Positions 62,282 to 64,000 of a stretch of DNA of 64,000 nt are shown piece by piece (positions within the stretch are counted from its first letter, which is position 1; each line of letters begins with the position of its first letter). Source of the stretch: an uncultured virus (IMG/VR IMGVR_UViG_3300002460_000002) (lineage: Duplodnaviria; Heunggongvirae; Uroviricota; Caudoviricetes). The stretch is from the IMG/VR virus record IMGVR_UViG_3300002460_000002, positions 1-64,000 of that record, one strand, 5' to 3'. The translations under genes were made by a program, and so were the position numbers. The notes under the pieces are model-generated. The model made no database searches. It was not told the origin of the DNA and worked only from the letters and a program-made list of their open reading frames with translations.

Positions 62282-62764
62282 GTGGTCAGGAAAATCCTGC
62301 GGTACCCCGAAGCGCGGCTGAAGGAAGAATCGTGGCCGGTGACCGATTTCGCGGCACTGCCTGCGCTGGTTATCGACTTGGTGGAAACGATGGGCTCTGT
62401 GAAAGGACTTGGGTTGGCTGCGATTCAGATCGGAATTCCGTTACGGGTGTTCGTGATTCACCCCGAGCTATCGCTGACCAATCAAGTATTCGTGAACCCT
62501 GAAATCGTGTCTGGTAACGGGGCTACTTTCGATGAAGAAGGCTGTCTTTCGTTCCCGAAAATTCGCGTGCAGATCCAGCGAAAAGAGCACGTGCGGATGA
62601 AGGCCAAGGATTCAATCGGCACGGAATTCGTGGTTGACGCCGATGGTCTGTTAGCTCGGGCGTTGCAGCACGAGATTGATCACCTGGATGGGCGCCTGTT
62701 GACCGACTACGTGAGTTCGTCACGATGTGGTCGAATCAGGCAACAGCTTTTGCGCGGCGGTTGA
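62282..62764 (+). CDS. def: Peptide deformylase
   Basis: GLGLAAIQIG, EGCLS, QHEIDHLDG; GTG start 6 nt after TACCAT. Confidence 0.92.
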   Translation: MVRKILRYPEARLKEESWPVTDFAALPALVIDLVETMGSVKGLGLAAIQIGIPLRVFVIHPELSLTNQVFVNPEIVSGNGATFDEEGCLSFPKIRVQIQRKEHVRMKAKDSIGTEFVVDADGLLARALQHEIDHLDGRLLTDYVSSSRCGRIRQQLLRGG

Positions 62765-62901
62765 GTCGAAGTTTTGGGACTCCTACGGGATTTTTGTGCC
62801 CTCGTGGTTTAGGGCAACGGGGTAGACGTCCGAGCCGTTTTGGGCGACGCACCAGGGGAAGCTTGCCATCGGGGTAGAAAACCTGCAAGAATGCCTCCCA
62901 G

Positions 62902-64000
62902 ATGTCTCTCGCCAACCAGGTCGTAGAGTCCTTCAACAACGCTGCTGGCGTCACGTTGTCTCGCGGCATGATCGTGCGCGGAACGACCGGAGTCCGGCAG
63001 ACGGTGCTGGCCCAGGCCGACACGTTGGCGCATCTGGCATCGATTATCGGCGTCGCCAACAACGGGACGGGGCCGACCGGGCTTTACTTCGCGACCGTGG
63101 CTGGCGAGGTCGAGGTTTTGCTCGAGACTGGTCTGACACCTACAGCGACGCAGATCGTGTACGTGTCTGCTTCCGTAGCCGGACGTGGGACGACGGCGGC
63201 TCCGACTCTGGCAATTCCGATGGGAGTGATCACAGACGCGTCTTCATACTCTCTCAGCGGCCGGGTGATGGTTTCGCTGTTCGCGTTATTTGCGTCTAAC
63301 GCGACGCCAGCCCCACCGTGGGACCCGACCCTGGTCCGGTACTGGTTCATCGACAACGAGAACGGCAACGACGCGAATGTCGGCTACATCGATGCCGCGG
63401 CATTGACGATCTTCACACCAGCGCAAACCAGTCCGGTGGCACTCAGAACATCAGAAGAGATGCGGAAACGGCTCCCGCGCTTCGGACAGGCACTTAGTAC
63501 GGTCGCACTCTACAAGCCGCGTTCCGACAACGGCAACTACCTGAACAAGGCTGGAGCCAGTGACTACTTGGACACCGGGTATGCTGGGTACGCGTACATC
63601 GCGTTTCGCGCATCGGATCTCACAAACAGTGTGAATGATCGATCTGACATGGCGGGCGTTACAAGCTCCGCCGGTCCGAATGCGGATGGTTCGTGGACAG
63701 CGACCGGTATGGTCGGCTATACGATCACGAATGGTGCAGGTGTCCTTCCCGCGACCGACACGGTTGCCGGACTCAAAGTCGAGTACCAAGGCAACGTCAC
63801 GGCGGGTCTCCGCAATATCGGAAACACAGTTGTTGATCGAACCGGTGCTACGCTACTTGATACCGGTGTAGGTACGACACTGGCAGCCCTTGCCAACGGA
63901 GATCAATACTACCTTCGCGCGCCTGGTGTGAGGTTTACTCGTCCTGTGATTCCGTTCGGCGGCCTCAACGGGCCCAACAACTACAATGGGCAGTTTCCGG
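62902..64000 (+). CDS. Spike/fibre-like virion protein, truncated by the window end (not in ORF track)
   Basis: Open frame from ATG 62902 (MSLANQVVESFNNAAGVTLSRG...VYVSASVAG...YWFIDNENGNDAN) to the end; Gly/Thr/Ala-rich. Confidence 0.65.
   Translation, partial: MSLANQVVESFNNAAGVTLSRGMIVRGTTGVRQTVLAQADTLAHLASIIGVANNGTGPTGLYFATVAGEVEVLLETGLTPTATQIVYVSASVAGRGTTAAPTLAIPMGVITDASSYSLSGRVMVSLFALFASNATPAPPWDPTLVRYWFIDNENGNDANVGYIDAAALTIFTPAQTSPVALRTSEEMRKRLPRFGQALSTVALYKPRSDNGNYLNKAGASDYLDTGYAGYAYIAFRASDLTNSVNDRSDMAGVTSSAGPNADGSWTATGMVGYTITNGAGVLPATDTVAGLKVEYQGNVTAGLRNIGNTVVDRTGATLLDTGVGTTLAALANGDQYYLRAPGVRFTRPVIPFGGLNGPNNYNGQFP

Overview
The whole window reads as part of one large (>64 kb), GC-rich bacterial virus genome. 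I found no host housekeeping operons, integrase, terminase, portal or tail genes. Left end (1-12.2 kb): a structural module with two adjacent beta-rich proteins that look like single-jelly-roll capsid proteins, protamine-like peptides, membrane-anchored proteins and a transglutaminase-like protease. This suggests a tailless, membrane-containing virus (inference, needs structure prediction). Next come a cas-less CRISPR mini-array with a leader (12.2-12.7 kb), two glycosylation islands (3.7-8.3 kb and 12.7-23.5 kb), an early-gene region with an initiator tRNA, a HerA-like ATPase and an M15 peptidase, and an AT-rich repeat-dense putative origin (37.5-38.0 kb). The replication and nucleotide module (38-53.6 kb) encodes a split primase/SF3 helicase, a Cas4-like nuclease, an SF2 helicase, a family A polymerase, a RuvC-like resolvase, a methyltransferase, an HD hydrolase, ThyX, dCMP deaminase and an RRM protein. 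The right part holds an array of about 15 small, translationally coupled genes, most with poly-Arg tags (54.3-59.0 kb), a 196-nt tRNA-shaped structured RNA, a papain-like protease, RadC/JAB, peptide deformylase and a truncated spike-like gene. Many genes appear to be leaderless. All family assignments come from motifs read by eye; no searches were run.
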